From the NCBI GenBank assembly GCA_964016885.1, contig OZ024740.1, positions 65,968,001 through 66,032,000 of the forward strand: a stretch of DNA of 64,000 bases. Direction: 5' to 3'. The notes under the pieces were generated by a model, which did no database searches, was not told where the DNA came from, and worked only from the letters and a program-made list of their open reading frames with translations. Shown here one piece after another: positions 28,393 to 43,415 of this stretch. Within the stretch, counting starts at the first letter, position 1; each line of letters starts with the position of its first letter. The DNA is from Eledone cirrhosa (taxonomy: Eukaryota). Made by a program: the position numbers and the translations under genes.

Positions 28393-28863
28393 AGATTATC
28401 CAGCCGCTGTATCAATACGAATCACTTACAATACAATTTCGCTGGAGATAGATTTGCAAAATCTAATAAGCGGATGGGTGGGTTTGAGTGGAATTAAAAC
28501 AGGGGTGTGCAGAAAATTGGAAAAAAATCTGAAAATGTATAAACGCGTGATGGAAACGATTATACAAGACTTGAGAGTATGTGAATTATTGACGGACGTA
28601 AGAATGAAAACTCAATAACGAATTAGAGTTTAAATATTCATTTATAATGGCTAAGCCTTGTTTCTCCGGAGTCTCACCTGCGTACTCGCAGCATCATCAG
28701 ACACGACTGGTGATATTGTGAGTGCGCAGGTGAATCTTTAGAGAAGAAAGCTCCTCATTAGCAATAATGAATGACTGTATATATACATGAGTTTCAGAAG
28801 ATCCCGTTAAGGGTGAAAGCAGCGATTCTTTGCTTAAACTTTAATCTGTTATTTTAATAAATA

Positions 28864-28905
<42 letters not shown>

Positions 28906-29016
28906 CGAGAGAGAGAGAGTGAGATGAATAAATTGGGTATAATAGCAGTTTCTTGTCAAATGCGAAGCTCGAGATATTAAGGCACTGAGCCTAATTTTTT
29001 TTTAATTATATATACA

Positions 29017-29272
29017 CAGTGGTCGAGGAACTTGGTGGTGGTTGTGGTGGTGGATAGGGGTCATGCCATCACCCAGTAATTATAAATTCTCACCAAACTA
29101 TCAAAACAAATCTGTTTGGCTTTATACGCTACAATTTTTGTACATGTTATGTTTATCACATATCGAAGTGTTCTTAACATTTAGAGTGCAAAGAGCTAAA
29201 CTAATCACTACAACTAAATTGCACAATTTTTTCTCCCTACCTCTAATTCAGAAATGCTTCCACCGTCCCTCT
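29017..29272. mobile_element. Putative MITE
   Basis: Internal tttagagtgcaaagagctaaactaatcact is shared (inverted) with 56142-56381. Imperfect termini CAG.G..GGTGGAA. No clear TSD. Confidence 0.4.
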
Positions 29273-30727
29273 GTGTATGTCCATAGGTAAGCACATATAG
29301 ATGTATCTGTATGTGTGTAAGAACAAATATTTATACCGGTGTCAATATGTTACACCAGATTATGCTCGGTACACACAAATGAGTATCTGATTATATCGAT
29401 CAATAGACTAGGAGATATGAATCAATAACACGTTGTATTCGTTTGACTGGGTGTATGTAAAATTCTGTCTGTGTATATTTGTGGCGATACAACTATGAGT
29501 GTGAGAGCTGTTTTTTTTACATGCGGGAATTTATTGCCATGTGTTTCTCTGGCAGAAATAGAATAATGTTTTGGGAAAGTACACTACATTCCCCAACCTC
29601 AAAACACCGACGGTGTTAAAGGCCAGTTGTTGAATTTGGATAAATAATATATTAAATGTCTCCACGAAACCCCCATCTCCAAACACTAAGGCAACAAGCA
29701 GCTATTTATCCAGCTACTTAATCAGGCTAGTTAATTGACTTGTCCTTTCCCCAATAGATGTTGGCCTTGTGCCTGGACAATTCCAGGCAGATGCGTGCGG
29801 CCTTTTGCCAGTATGTTGCGTGACTGTTCGGTGACGGTGGAGGATTGGAAACGGTGGCGGCCTTCAGTTCTTACCCCGACGGTCTCCCGCTACTCTCTCC
29901 AGCCGCCGCTGAGCGCTACGAAAGGCCGATATTCGGGATACCCTGGTCGGTTACACGAGGCGCAAGTTACCAGGTTCAGATGGTCTTCCCGATGAGTTTT
30001 ACTAGAAATGTTAGACTAGTTCTCTGATCCCCTCGTGAGCTGGTGCGTCGTGACGCTCATGAGGAAAGAAGAGAACAAGAGGGATACTTTAGTTAACTTA
30101 CTTCAGGCATATAACTCTGTTAAACACTGAGTTCAAGTTTTTGGCCGAGGTGTTAGCGCGTGTCGTCCAGCATCTGGTAGGGGAGGCCCAAACTTGCGTA
30201 ATCCTGACCATTCCATACACAACTATTTGTACATTTGTTAAAATGTGTGTGGATGTTGCGTGAATGGCCTGTGTTATTATGCATACTCTGAACATGCACC
30301 TGCAGGCTGAATGATTTGAAGAGGAGAGGGGTGCACTCTGCGGGTGCTCTTCGAGTGTTTGGTGACTCAGGATCGGAGGGGGGTATCTGTGCCGCCCCCC
30401 CATTCGTGGTTCTTCCGAGTATGGACATTTTTTTATTGCTGTAATTTTTATTGTTATCTTCGGTTTTAACTCGATTTTATTAAACACCCCAAAGGTCATG
30501 TTGTTGTATATATAGCAACTAAATTCATAGTGTAGTGTTTCTGAAGGCGGTTAAGGCTAGACATGTGTAGTAACGTTACCACTAACATTCTAGTCGGTAC
30601 ATCGACCTCTCACGATCAATCGACCCACTGAACGTTCGTAAAACAATGAACTACTTAACTATCTCTGACATTTGTTTTCATTATTCTATACAAACAAACA
30701 TTCTCTCACTCTATGTACCCCTCTCAA

Positions 30728-30782
<55 letters not shown>

Positions 30783-31732
30783 CTTCTCTTAATTAGCTTC
30801 AAAGCAATCTTGTTTATTGATATGTAAGTTATATTACTGAAAAATGTTAAAAATATATATGATATTTGGTACTATTTAAATTTAAAGTTGTGATGTTATG
30901 CAGTTTATCTTGGCTGCTATTTGTACGAACAATTTTCGACCCGTCACTATTTCTGCAATGTACACATTTTTATCATGTTGTTAGCTATACGCATGCGTAC
31001 TGAATTGGGCGTTCGTAATATTCAGCAACAGCTAAATATATATTTTTCATATAATAATAATCAGAACCCTCTCCAAAACCGATAGGTTCTGGCAGAGCAA
31101 GCATTCTCAATCAATTCTGAATAGTCAATCCTGTTCTTTTGTCTTGAAACTACAGTAAAGGAAACATTTGTTGAGCCCTCAAGTTTTATGTTGCTTAACG
31201 AATAATGAACTTTTTGTATATGCATGCTTATTATTGTTTTCCGTTCTCTTATATATATTTCTTTTTCGTGTCTGTTCCTTCTCTCATCGGCACGCCTACT
31301 TTTCTTATAAAGTCCCTAACTCATACAAGTCGTTATTCTCTTTTGATAATTTGATATACAACGAGAAATATTTAACGTTATTGAATTCGATTGTTCCCAA
31401 TATTATCCGGATTGGCGATTTCTAGAGGATTTCCCATGCCGTGTCAATGCAACATATGTACATATTACGAAATAAATACACTTGTACAGTGAACGGCGAA
31501 TCTGTGTATATCTGTTATCGAATTTTAATGACTCCACATATTACTGATTACGGAACCTTTTGAGGGTCACCCTACGAAGAACGTCCAGCAGCAACACGTG
31601 TGTTGAATAAAACACCACCGTAGGCTGAGACTCTCCTCGATCTGCGTTACTAACACCCTCAGACTCGAGTGAAGCTAAACGATTACTAGTATACATATAT
31701 ATATGTATATTCAACGCACACACACCCACACA

Positions 31733-31773
<41 letters not shown>

Positions 31774-33650
31774 CCATCTAAACCACAAGTAGAAAGAATT
31801 GAGTAAATCTGCATCCAATAAATATTATAAGAAATATCTGCATTAAAATTTACATTTTGACACCTTCGCACTAGCCACATAATATTCACTCAATAAATAA
31901 TGATAGCAACATAAAGAGATACTTAAAAATTAAGATGACTAGAAACTACCCGAACAGTTAAAAATAAAAGTTCTAAACAACATTTATGAAATCATATTAA
32001 CAATCACACAAAAAATGTAGAAAACTCTTTATACAGTCTATCTCTGAATGAAAACAATAGATATATAAGAATACAAAAGGAAACAGTGATCACCATTCAA
32101 TGACTCTAGGTGGCGTGAGGAAGTATTAAGATGTTTTCTGAAAAGTATTTTCATATCCACCCCTACATCCTCACCCTCCTCACCAATAACTGACCACAAA
32201 ATATATTTTAACCACAATGAGCACCACCCACTAGTATATATCTACAACAAATCCATTTAAATCAAAGTATCGGTTTTTTTAATAAAAAATCTATTTCTTA
32301 ATATGTTATTTTCAGTAAACATCTTAATACCTCTTCACACCCACCCCCCGACTATTGTTATATACCCATTCATCTCATTTACTCTATTCCTCATCATCAC
32401 CATCATCATTTTCACCCCCACTTACTAATTCCTGTCAGCATCATCAACACATATACCATGTCTATCCATTTCTTATTTTTTTGGAGGTTCTTCCTTCTCT
32501 TGTCATCACTCACTCTCACCCCCACTGACATACCCATTCAAAGAATTTACCATCATCGTTGTATATACAATGTCCACATCTTCCATATCACTGCCAGTTT
32601 CTTTATATAGTCGCTGTTATTGAAAACGTTAGTCATATCTGATGATCCTCAACCTCCAGAATAACAAGAATCATTATTACGTAATAAGAGTTCCCTTCCA
32701 GATCTGTTATTAGGAACTCATATGGAGATGTCTCTGAATGAGGTGCATCTTAGCGAGATGTAGAGAATACTTTGCTGTTCTTTTAAATGCAGTAAAAACA
32801 AAATGTTCTGACACACAAATGAAAGAACAGAGTAATTAAATGATTCAGATGGGGTTCATACCTCTGACTTAGATTTAGGCTTAAGATTAGAAGCTCCCGC
32901 AACTTGAGAGGCACGAAGCAGCCAAAGTGCTCCAATGACTACGATTAGTTTCATCTATCCATACATTGTTCTAACTTTTATTGGCAGATCATCGTGGACG
33001 TGTCTCCGGTTTGAGTATAACTGAAATATCATGAAAATTGCCCTTCCTTTTGTCTATATGAACGAACATAGGAGTGAATGTTTAAGGTCGTTGATTCAAA
33101 TGTAATCTGCTAGACAATCAATAAATAGACAAGAAATATCAACAAATGCTTGCACCAAATAATTCATCCTAGTTACTAATTGACTCTTATATACATGGGC
33201 TTCAAATATTTTAAGAACTTTACCATCATCAGCACACATACCATGTACACACCTTCCTTATCTCTTTTAGATATTATTTCATCTTAACCTTTCTGTTAAA
33301 CTTTCTTATCCGTCCATTCACTCTAATTTAAAAATACCTATACACCATCATTCCTCCCACACTTCAGTCTTTCTCTATTAACACTGTCTCTGTTATAGAA
33401 AAATGTAATCTTGACTGATGATGCTGAAATTCCAGAGTAACAAGGCTCATTACTTACCTATAATTAAAAGAGTATATAAATATATCTATAAAGGTGAATT
33501 TCTACAGCGGAGTAAACTGGAGCAACGCGAAATAAAATGTCACGCTCAAGGATATAACCCATCACCCGATGCTTGGATCGACTTCACAAACACCCGTTTG
33601 CAAGCCCAATTTTGTAAACACTAAGCCATGCGCCTGCACACACGCACAAT

Positions 33651-33743
<93 letters not shown>

Positions 33744-33747
<4 letters not shown>

Positions 33748-33930
33748 GGAGCTTCTACAGGACTAGTACTGTTTCAAATCTTCAGGAAGCACTGCTTCCT
33801 GAAGATTTCATCTGAATGAAACAGTACTAGTCCTGTAGAAGCTCCTTCTATAAAATAAAAAAATGTTACTCTGCCATGTATTGAGTACCTTACTTACTGT
33901 GGTTATCCCCGACTCAACCCGGGACCTACG
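33744..33930. mobile_element. Minimal palindromic HHR element in (TA)n
   Basis: gcttc-CTGAAGA-tttca(tc)tgaat-GAAA-cagtactagtcctg-TA-gaagc at 33794-33842(+) and a shortened mirror at 33751-33790(-). Relative at 62950-63115. Confidence 0.8.
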
Positions 33931-33945
33931 TATATATATATATAT

Positions 33946-34055
<110 letters not shown>

Positions 34056-34089
34056 GTATATATATGTATATATATATATATATATATGC

Positions 34090-34126
<37 letters not shown>

Positions 34127-34277
34127 TCTATGGCTGTACGGATAATGGTTTAACCATCGTCTCAGTGTTGTAGCTCTAATTCACTAGTTTCTATGGAGCG
34201 ATTGACACGCATCTCGGAAATTGTTTTTCACTAAATTCCAATAGCCGAAATACGATTCTCGCTAATTTATATTTATA

Positions 34278-34315
<38 letters not shown>

Positions 34316-34369
34316 ACCTATATATTTCCAGGGGTACTTAGTACCCGTGGGCAAATTACATTCTTTTGA

Positions 34370-34878
<509 letters not shown>

Positions 34879-34910
34879 GTATATCTGTATATCTATATAT
34901 ATATATATAT

Positions 34911-36680
34911 CAACTGCTCTGTTTTCAGCAATTCTGATATGGCCGATCTGGGCTGTATCGGCGATGTTACTCCCCATTACACCTTATCGGACATAACGTT
35001 TGCCGCCCCTGATGTCTTAGAGTCAATAAAGGAAATCAAGCATAATTCTGCAGTAGGTGCCGATAGGTTCCCTGCTTGTGTCTTGAAGGCGTGTCAACAC
35101 CAACTTGCATCTCCTCTTGCCAATCTGTGGCGGAACTGACTGGATATGTGCCACAAAACCTTCTATCCCAGTCTGGTGTACCAGTTTTCAAAAAAGGAAA
35201 CAAATCCCTTGCCGTGATTTACCGTCCAATCTCACTCACCTCTCATATCATTAAGGTATTTGAGAGAGTGGTGAGATCGCGAATGACTCACTTCCTTGAG
35301 ATTAGCAATATGCTGAACTCCAACCATCATGGATTCCGTAATGGAAGGGATTGCCTGACGCAGCTACTGCATCACTTTGATAATATTTTGAGAGCCTTGG
35401 GAGAGGGTTCCAACACTGATGTTATCTACCTTGATTTCAGCAAGGCCTTTGACAGGGTTGATCACAACATTCTACTGAGAAAGCTGTCCAATATTGGTGT
35501 CACTGGAAAGCTGATGCAGTGGATCAAGAGCTTCCTGTCAAACAGAACCCAACATGTTGTAGTCGAAGGAGTCAAATCTAACCCAGCCAAAGTCAGTAGT
35601 TGGGTCCCACAAGGCACTGTGTTGGGCCCACTTCTCTTCATCATCTATATTAATGACATCACTGACATCATCAAACACAGCAACATTAGAATTTTCGCTG
35701 AGGATTCCAAGCTCCAAAAGGTCATCAATGGCGTGGATGACCAGATAAGCCTTCAGACAGACCTGCTGGCTGTTACCCAATGGGCGGAAAAGAACAACAT
35801 GTTACTGAACGAAGATAAATTCGAATTGATCCACTTTGGAAAAGAGGATGCTATGAAACTCCCGTACTCCCTTCCCTCCGGTGAAACTCTCGTGGCATCT
35901 AACAACATCAGACACTTGGGAGTAACCGTGGACAGCAACATAAGCTAGGCCACGCATATAAGCAGCAAAGTTGACATGGCCCGCAGAATGTGTTCCTGGA
36001 TCCTCAGAACCTTCCAGTCGAGAGATTCCCACACCATTATCCTTCTCTTCTCCACTTTTGCCCGACCACACCTTGAATACTGTTGTGCATTGTGGTCTCC
36101 TTACACGAAACAAGGTATCATGAAACTTGAAGCTCCCCAAAGGGCAATCATGAAAAAGATATTTGGCATGTCAGACCTTGACTATTGGGGTCGACTAGAA
36201 AAGCTGAAACTTTACTCACTCCAACGTCGCCGTGAGCGTTATATTATCTGCATGATGTGGAAAATGTTTCATCAGCACTGCCCAAATGATGTTGGCATCA
36301 TCTTCAAAATGCACCCACGGCTAGGGCCACGTGCTATCCGTCCCAAACAAAAATCTAAATCGCAACTCATAACAACAATACGGCACAATTATTTCACCTC
36401 AATTGGCCCTACTCTCTTCAACATCACACCAGGACACGTCAAATCAGAAACTGACCACACAAAATTCAAGAAGTCATTGGACAAATTCCTCCAGGTAATC
36501 CCAGACAAACCACGCACACCCGGATATGTCTCCGCAAACAGTAATTCTCTTCTCGAATGAGCCATGGTGCCCAAATCCTGAATTGAAAAGCTTCGCCAGG
36601 TGGTGCTATTAAGTTAGACATGGCCTGGGCCAATACTGGCCAAAAATATTTCAAAGTTATTCAAAGCTATTCAAAGTTAT
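34911..36680 (+). mobile_element. 5'-truncated CR1/L2-group LINE (ORF2 RT pseudogene)
   Basis: YRPISLTS, HGFRNGRDC, IYLDFSKAFDRVDH, VPQGTVLGPLLF, FAED (from FADD), RPHLEYCC..WSP, LYSLQRRRER; in-frame stops; 3' (TATTCAAAG)-like tandem tail. Confidence 0.85.
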
Positions 36681-37101
36681 ATATATATATAAGCATATCA
36701 ATTTGTCCCTGGATTTGAAGCATATCAATTTGTCCCAGGATGTTTACTGAAGAGAGCAGGACATGATATCCTTACACTTTTTCATCTCGAAACATATTTG
36801 GATTTTAAAGTTTAAACTTATATACGGAACAGGTTTGATTTTGAAATTTAAATGTGTCTAAACATCATGGCCCTTTGGCAATACAGTTCGTCTTTGTTGA
36901 TTTATTATTTTAAATCGATATGGACAGACTGTAATATTATAATTAGTATACTTCATTCTAGCTATATTTTCTTTTGCAATATAAATACAGATATGTTGGT
37001 ATTTGTGTTTCATCATATATATTAATTTATATTTAAATGTTTTACACGGCTCAGAAATATTTCTTTCTTTGAGCTAATTTCATTGTAAAAGAATTCATTA
37101 C

Positions 37102-37141
<40 letters not shown>

Positions 37142-37707
37142 AAGTTATATTTAAAATTGTTGGGTTACAACTAGTAAATATTTATAACTGATATAAAAGC
37201 ACTCGACAAATACTTGGAGTATATTTACAATATTAAATAAATGGAAAACTATATTTATAAAACCATATTTATTTCATTATATATATTTCGGGGATATCAT
37301 ATTAACAATATGCTATGCCTTCATCAGACAAAATACAATATAAACAGTTTTATAGATAAATATATTCCGACATACCGTAATAAACATCAACTTCATTTGA
37401 AGAGGTTCACTCTAGCAGTGAAAATACAGAGAGAAAGAAAGAAAGAGAGAAAAGAGGGAAATAGGAAAGAAAGAAAGACAAAATGAAGAAAAGGAAGAAA
37501 AAGAAGAAAAAGAAAAAGAAGAAATGCATGGGACAAAATAGAGAGATGGAAAAATAGATAAAGCGAAGAGCTTCATGTAAAGAGACAGAAAGAGATATAT
37601 ATATATATAGAGAGAGAGAGGAAGTAGAGATAGATACATATATAAATATAGATATAGAAAAATTAGGTAGTGGGAGGTCATTTTGAGTAAGTGTATCAAT
37701 GATGCAT

Positions 37708-37742
<35 letters not shown>

Positions 37743-38426
37743 GCTCAAGTATTAATGTAAGCGAGATATATAGAGAGATATAGAGAGATATATAGAGAGA
37801 AAAAATTTAAAAATAGCCAGACATATTCGAGGCGTAGAGAACCCTATGTTTTAATGTATTAGTATTTATAAAACTTACACTATATTGTAAATATCAGTAT
37901 TCCTGAATGAAACAAGTATTCACAATGCGTGAAAATTCATTATCTTATGTTTAGTTTTTTAAAAAATTCATATGTCTATGTGAATCCAACTGATTCACTC
38001 CGCAAATTCAAAGTTACCGGAAAACATTCTCAATGTGGTATAAAAATTTGAGCGTATTATTATTCTTGCGATTACTCTACAAGATTATCTATCAAGCAGA
38101 AATAGAGAGCAGATTTCAATATACTAATCGAAAATATATATTATATTATAAGCAGAGATAACAATAATAATGATAATAAGTAAAAATATATAAAAATATA
38201 AAAATATAGAATAGAAAACTAAAAAAGAATATTACGAAAGAATATTACATAATAAAAATATTGCATATTAAAAATACTACGTATTAAAAATATTACGTAT
38301 TAAAACTTTACATATAAAAATATTAAAAATAAAAATTTACATATAGAAATATTAAAAATAAAAATAAAATAAAATAAAAAATAAAAATATTATAGAATAC
38401 TACAATACTAAAAGAATAAAAATAAA

Positions 38427-38457
<31 letters not shown>

Positions 38458-38857
38458 TAAAAATAAACCACAAAGAACAACCCTTCAAAGTTAATTGACA
38501 ATATATTGCCAAGTTCACTACAAGACAAAGCCAAAAATTATCTATCAAATCACATCTAGCAAGGAATATCGCAAAAAAAGATTATGATGTCCAATAATGT
38601 CTACATATGTTCCTATATTTAATATATAAGTTTATCAAGTGTAAGGTTAATTCAAAAAATTTGGAGCATCGGCTTTTAGGGTAGCTTAATTTTTCATGAG
38701 GAATGTTTAGATAAAAATAAAAATAAAAATAAAAATAAAAATAAAAATAAATAAAATAAAATAAACAATAAAAAGAGTAAAAAGAGGGAATCAAAGATTT
38801 AGGAATCAAAAGATTTATCGGCTAGTTCTCATATAAATATAAATCAAACTAAATATA

Positions 38858-40417
38858 CTACATTTTAAATTTAAATTTATATTTAAACGTTGAGTTTAAT
38901 CTATGTTTGCAACAACTGAATAAATTTGTCCGTAGGTTAAGGGAATTTTTAGATTTTAGTATAAAGAATATCTCCTCTGCGCAGAGGTCACATGTCTCAG
39001 AGGATGAATTAAAAGGAATCCCTCTTGAGACTATATTCCAAGCCGTCGAATATCTAACGTTATCTAGCTTAAGTTGCCAGAGTACACCTGATAGTGCCGT
39101 TGAAGATTTTTTATTTGGATCTGTGAAAGAATTCTTGTGGTTATTATAGCGAAGTTTAAATTCCGTCGATGTGGAACCGACGTAGTTAAAAGAATTAGAG
39201 TCAGTATTAACATTACAATTGTATACTATATTTTTAACTAAGCAGTTGTTATTTAACGGACATTTAGATCTATCTCTACAGTTACATTTGTTAACTTGTA
39301 TATTATTTATGCTATTATCAGTAGGTTTTAAGTTCCTATTATTTATTCTATTAATATTTTGTGCTAAATTTTTGGTGGATGAGTAGGTTAATTTAATTGT
39401 ATGCCTATTGAAGATTGAGTGGTACCTATGTGTTCTAGGGAAGCGATTATCAAGAGCTTTGAAAAATAATTTAGCGATGTGGGTTTTAATGTTTAGTGAG
39501 AAAGGGGGGGGGGGGGGCAAACCAAATTATGTTCCTAGTTCTATTTCTTTTTTGTCCTTTGGAATTATTGTAATGCTTTCTATTATAGTTGTTAATGTTG
39601 TTGCCGTCATTAAAAAAGTTGTTACTTTGTTTAGTTTGTTTATCATTATCTATGTACACAATCTTATCAGCATACCCTGCCCTAGCTAGTGCATCATTAT
39701 AGTATTGGGCCTTTTCGTCAAAAATCTTTCTATTCGACGAGATCCTAGAGATACGTTTTTGGACTGAGTTTACTATAGTGTTTTTGACAGATCTGGGGTG
39801 GTTAGAGTTAAAGTTGACATAGTTTAAGTTTTCATTCAACTTGTGAAAAGGATAGTGGAGACATGTGTTGAGATTTAATGTTATATCTAGGAAATTGACT
39901 ATTCTATGGTTGTTCTCAATTTCTATTTTAAGGTTAAAGTAATTAAAACATTTTGTAATTTGTTTACATTTTCTATTTAGTTCAGGGTTATTATTATTAA
40001 TAAGTAAAAGCATGTCATCCCTATATAAACCTCCGGTAGTACCATGTATTTTCCTATGTAGCGAATTGATTAAAAATAAGCCCACAAGGTCAGTTACCTG
40101 AGCTGAGTCGGAAGATCCCATAGTTATGTCAAAATTGCTATCTCTATCTGCTCTGGTCCATAATTTGTCATCAAATTCTATCAAAGTTTTCCTAGCCGAT
40201 AATATAATATGCATTTCTTTGCTAGTTAGGTCCGTATGTTTGAATGCGTAATTTAGTGCCTTATTTAGTAGACTAGGGGTAATAGAAGAAAAATAGTTAG
40301 CTATATCAAGTTGAATAAACCTATTATTATTGTCATATTTAATTTGCCTAAACCACTCAACAACCTCTCCAGTTCCCTTCCACAAGCTCAGGTTAGATAC
40401 ATAATCCAAAATTTTTT
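38858..40417 (-). pseudogene. PLE RT-GIY-YIG, 5'-truncated, frameshift in G-run 39503-39517
   Basis: LDIANYFSSI, DITMGSSD, GLYRDD, NFLDITL, CNCRDRSKCP, YVGST..FKLRY, CDLCAEE, CCKH. Confidence 0.88.
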
Positions 40418-41497
40418 AATTACTTTAACCTTAAAATAGAAATTGAGAACAACCATAGAATAGTCAATTTCCTAGATATAACATTAAATCTCAACACATG
40501 TCTCCACTATCCTTTTCACAAGTTGAATGAAAACTTAAACTATGTCAACTTTAACTCTAACCACCCCAGATCTGTCAAAAACACTATAGTAAACTCAGTC
40601 CAAAAACGTATCTCTAGGATCTCGTCGAATAGAAAGATTTTTGACGAAAAGGCCCAATACTATAATGATGCACTAGCTAGGGCAGGGTATGCTGATAAGA
40701 TTGTGTACATAGATAATGATAAACAAACTAAACAAAGTAACAACTTTTTTAATGACGGCAACAACATTAACAACTATAATAGAAAGCATTACAATAATTC
40801 CAAAGGACAAAAAAGAAATAGAACTAGGAACATAATTTGGTTTGCCCCCCCTTTCTCACTAAACATTAAAACCCACATCGCTAAATTATTTTTCAAAGCT
40901 CTTGATAATCGCTTCCCTAGAACACATAGGTACCACTCAATCTTCAATAGGCATACAATTAAATTAACCTACTCATCCACCAAAAATTTAGCACAAAATA
41001 TTAATAGAATAAATAATAGGAACTTAAAACCTACTGATAATAGCATAAATAATATACAAGTTAACAAATGTAACTGTAGAGATAGATCTAAATGTCCGTT
41101 AAATAACAACTGCTTAGTTAAAAATATAGTATACAATTGTAATGTTAATAATGACTCTAATTCTTTTAACTACGTCGGTTCCACATCGACGGAATTTAAA
41201 CTTCGCTATAATAACCACAAGAATTCTTTCACAGATCCAAATAAAAAATCTTCAACGGCACTATCAGGTGTACTCTGGCAACTTAAGCTAGATAACGTTA
41301 GATATTCGACGGCTTGGAATATAGTCTCAAGAGGGATTCCTTTTAATTCATCCTCTGAGACATGTGACCTCTGCGCAGAGGAGATATTCTTTATACTAAA
41401 ATCTAAAAATTCCCTTAACCTACGGACAAATTTATTCAGTTGTTGCAAACATAGATTAAACTCAACGTTTAAATATAAATTTAAATTTAAAATGTAG
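40407..41497 (+). pseudogene. PLE RT thumb + GIY-YIG, 5'-truncated (second arm)
   Basis: Near-identical to the minus-arm protein from FNYFNLKIE onward; open frame through IIWFAPPFS. Confidence 0.88.
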
Positions 41498-41897
41498 TAT
41501 ATTTAGTTTGATTTATATTTATATGAGAACTAGCCGATAAATCTTTTGATTCCTAAATCTTTGATTCCCTCTTTTTACACTTTTTATTGTTTATTTTATT
41601 TTATTTATTTTTATTTTTATTTTTATTTTTATTTTTATTTTTATCTAAACATTCCTCATGAAAAATTAAGCTACCCTAAAAGCCGATGCTCCAAATTTTT
41701 TGAATTAACCTTACACTTGATAAACTTATATATTAAATATAGGAACATATGTAGACATTATTGGACATCATAATCTTTTTTTGCGATATTCCTTGCTAGA
41801 TGTGATTTGATAGATAATTTTTGGCTTTGTCTTGTAGTGAACTTGGCAATATATTGTCAATTAACTTTGAAGGGTTGTTCTTTGTGGTTTATTTTTA

Positions 41898-41928
<31 letters not shown>

Positions 41929-42612
41929 TTTATTTTTATTCTTTTAGTATTGTAGTATTCTATAATATTTTTATTTTTTATTTTATTTTATTTTTATTTT
42001 TAATATTTCTATATGTAAATTTTTATTTTTAATATTTTTATATGTAAAGTTTTAATACGTAATATTTTTAATACGTAGTATTTTTAATATGCAATATTTT
42101 TATTATGTAATATTCTTTCGTAATATTCTTTTTTAGTTTTCTATTCTATATTTTTATATTTTTATATATTTTTACTTATTATCATTATTATTGTTATCTC
42201 TGCTTATAATATAATATATATTTTCGATTAGTATATTGAAATCTGCTCTCTATTTCTGCTTGATAGATAATCTTGTAGAGTAATCGCAAGAATAATAATA
42301 CGCTCAAATTTTTATACCACATTGAGAATGTTTTCCGGTAACTTTGAATTTGCGGAGTGAATCAGTTGGATTCACATAGACATATGAATTTTTTAAAAAA
42401 CTAAACATAAGATAATGAATTTTCACGCATTGTGAATACTTGTTTCATTCAGGAATACTGATATTTACAATATAGTGTAAGTTTTATAAATACTAATACA
42501 TTAAAACATAGGGTTCTCTACGCCTCGAATATGTCTGGCTATTTTTAAATTTTTTCTCTATATATATCTCTCTATATCTCTCTATATATCTCCCTTACAT
42601 TAATACTTGAGC

Positions 42613-42647
<35 letters not shown>

Positions 42648-43003
42648 ATGCATCATTGATACACTTACTCAAAATGACCTCCCACTACCTAATTTTTCTA
42701 TATCTATATTTATATATGTATCTATCTCTACTTCCTCTCTCTCTCTATATATATATATATCTCTTTCTGTCTCTTTACATGAAGCTCTTCGCTTTATCTA
42801 TTTTTCCATCTCTCTATTTTGTCCCATGCATTTCTTCTTTTTCTTCCTTTTCTTCATTTTGTCTTTCTTTCTTTCCTATTTCTCTCTTTTCTCTCTCTCT
42901 TTCTTTCTCTCTGTATTTTCACTGCTAGAGTGAACCTCTTCAAATGAAGTTGATGTTTATTACGGTATGTCGAATATATTTATCTATAAAACTGTTTATA
43001 TTG

Positions 43004-43069
43004 TATTTTGTCTGATGAAGGCATAGCATATTGTTAATATGATATCCCCGAAATATATATAATGAAATA
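43004..43069 (+). ncRNA. Type I HHR of PLE-2
   Basis: tattttgt-CTGATGA-aggcatagcatatt(gtt)aatatgatatcccc-GAAA-tatata-TA-atgaaata; stem I contains two G-U pairs. Confidence 0.75.
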
Positions 43070-43136
43070 AATATGGTTTTATAAATATAGTTTTCCATTT
43101 ATTTAATATTGTATATATATATATATATATATATAA

Positions 43137-43415
43137 CAACGGAAAAAATGAAACGAAATTTCATTTCCCACTCTTAGTACGGCTGTTACTTAAATATAAG
43201 TATGTACACGTACATACATATATGTATACTTACGTACAGTAGTATGTATATATATATATACATGCACACATATATATATGTACGTATGGATTCAACGAAC
43301 ATTTATTATAATGCTCGGTGTGTTTGTAAACAAACATCCCGTATTAAGCCGTAGTGTCTAGCAACCAGCGTTGCTCGTTTGTTCAACACTGACAAAGGAA
43401 CGCTGTACTAGTTTC
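43137..43415 (-). mobile_element. Partial copy of the 423/466-bp HHR family
   Basis: Matches 5915-6195; truncated inside the HHR (gtactagtttc). Confidence 0.75.

Larger units (their letters stand above)
37136..43113. mobile_element. PLE-2: head-to-head pair of Naiad-like Penelope copies (about 2.7-kb arms)
   Basis: 37226-39955 is the reverse complement of about 40407-43113. (TA)n at both ends. HHRs at 37270-37335(-) and 43004-43069(+). Confidence 0.9.

Noticed and set aside
29735-30499. GC-richer block with short ORFs and a hairpin at about 30020-30076
   Set aside because: No recognisable protein motif, ribozyme core or second copy in the window.
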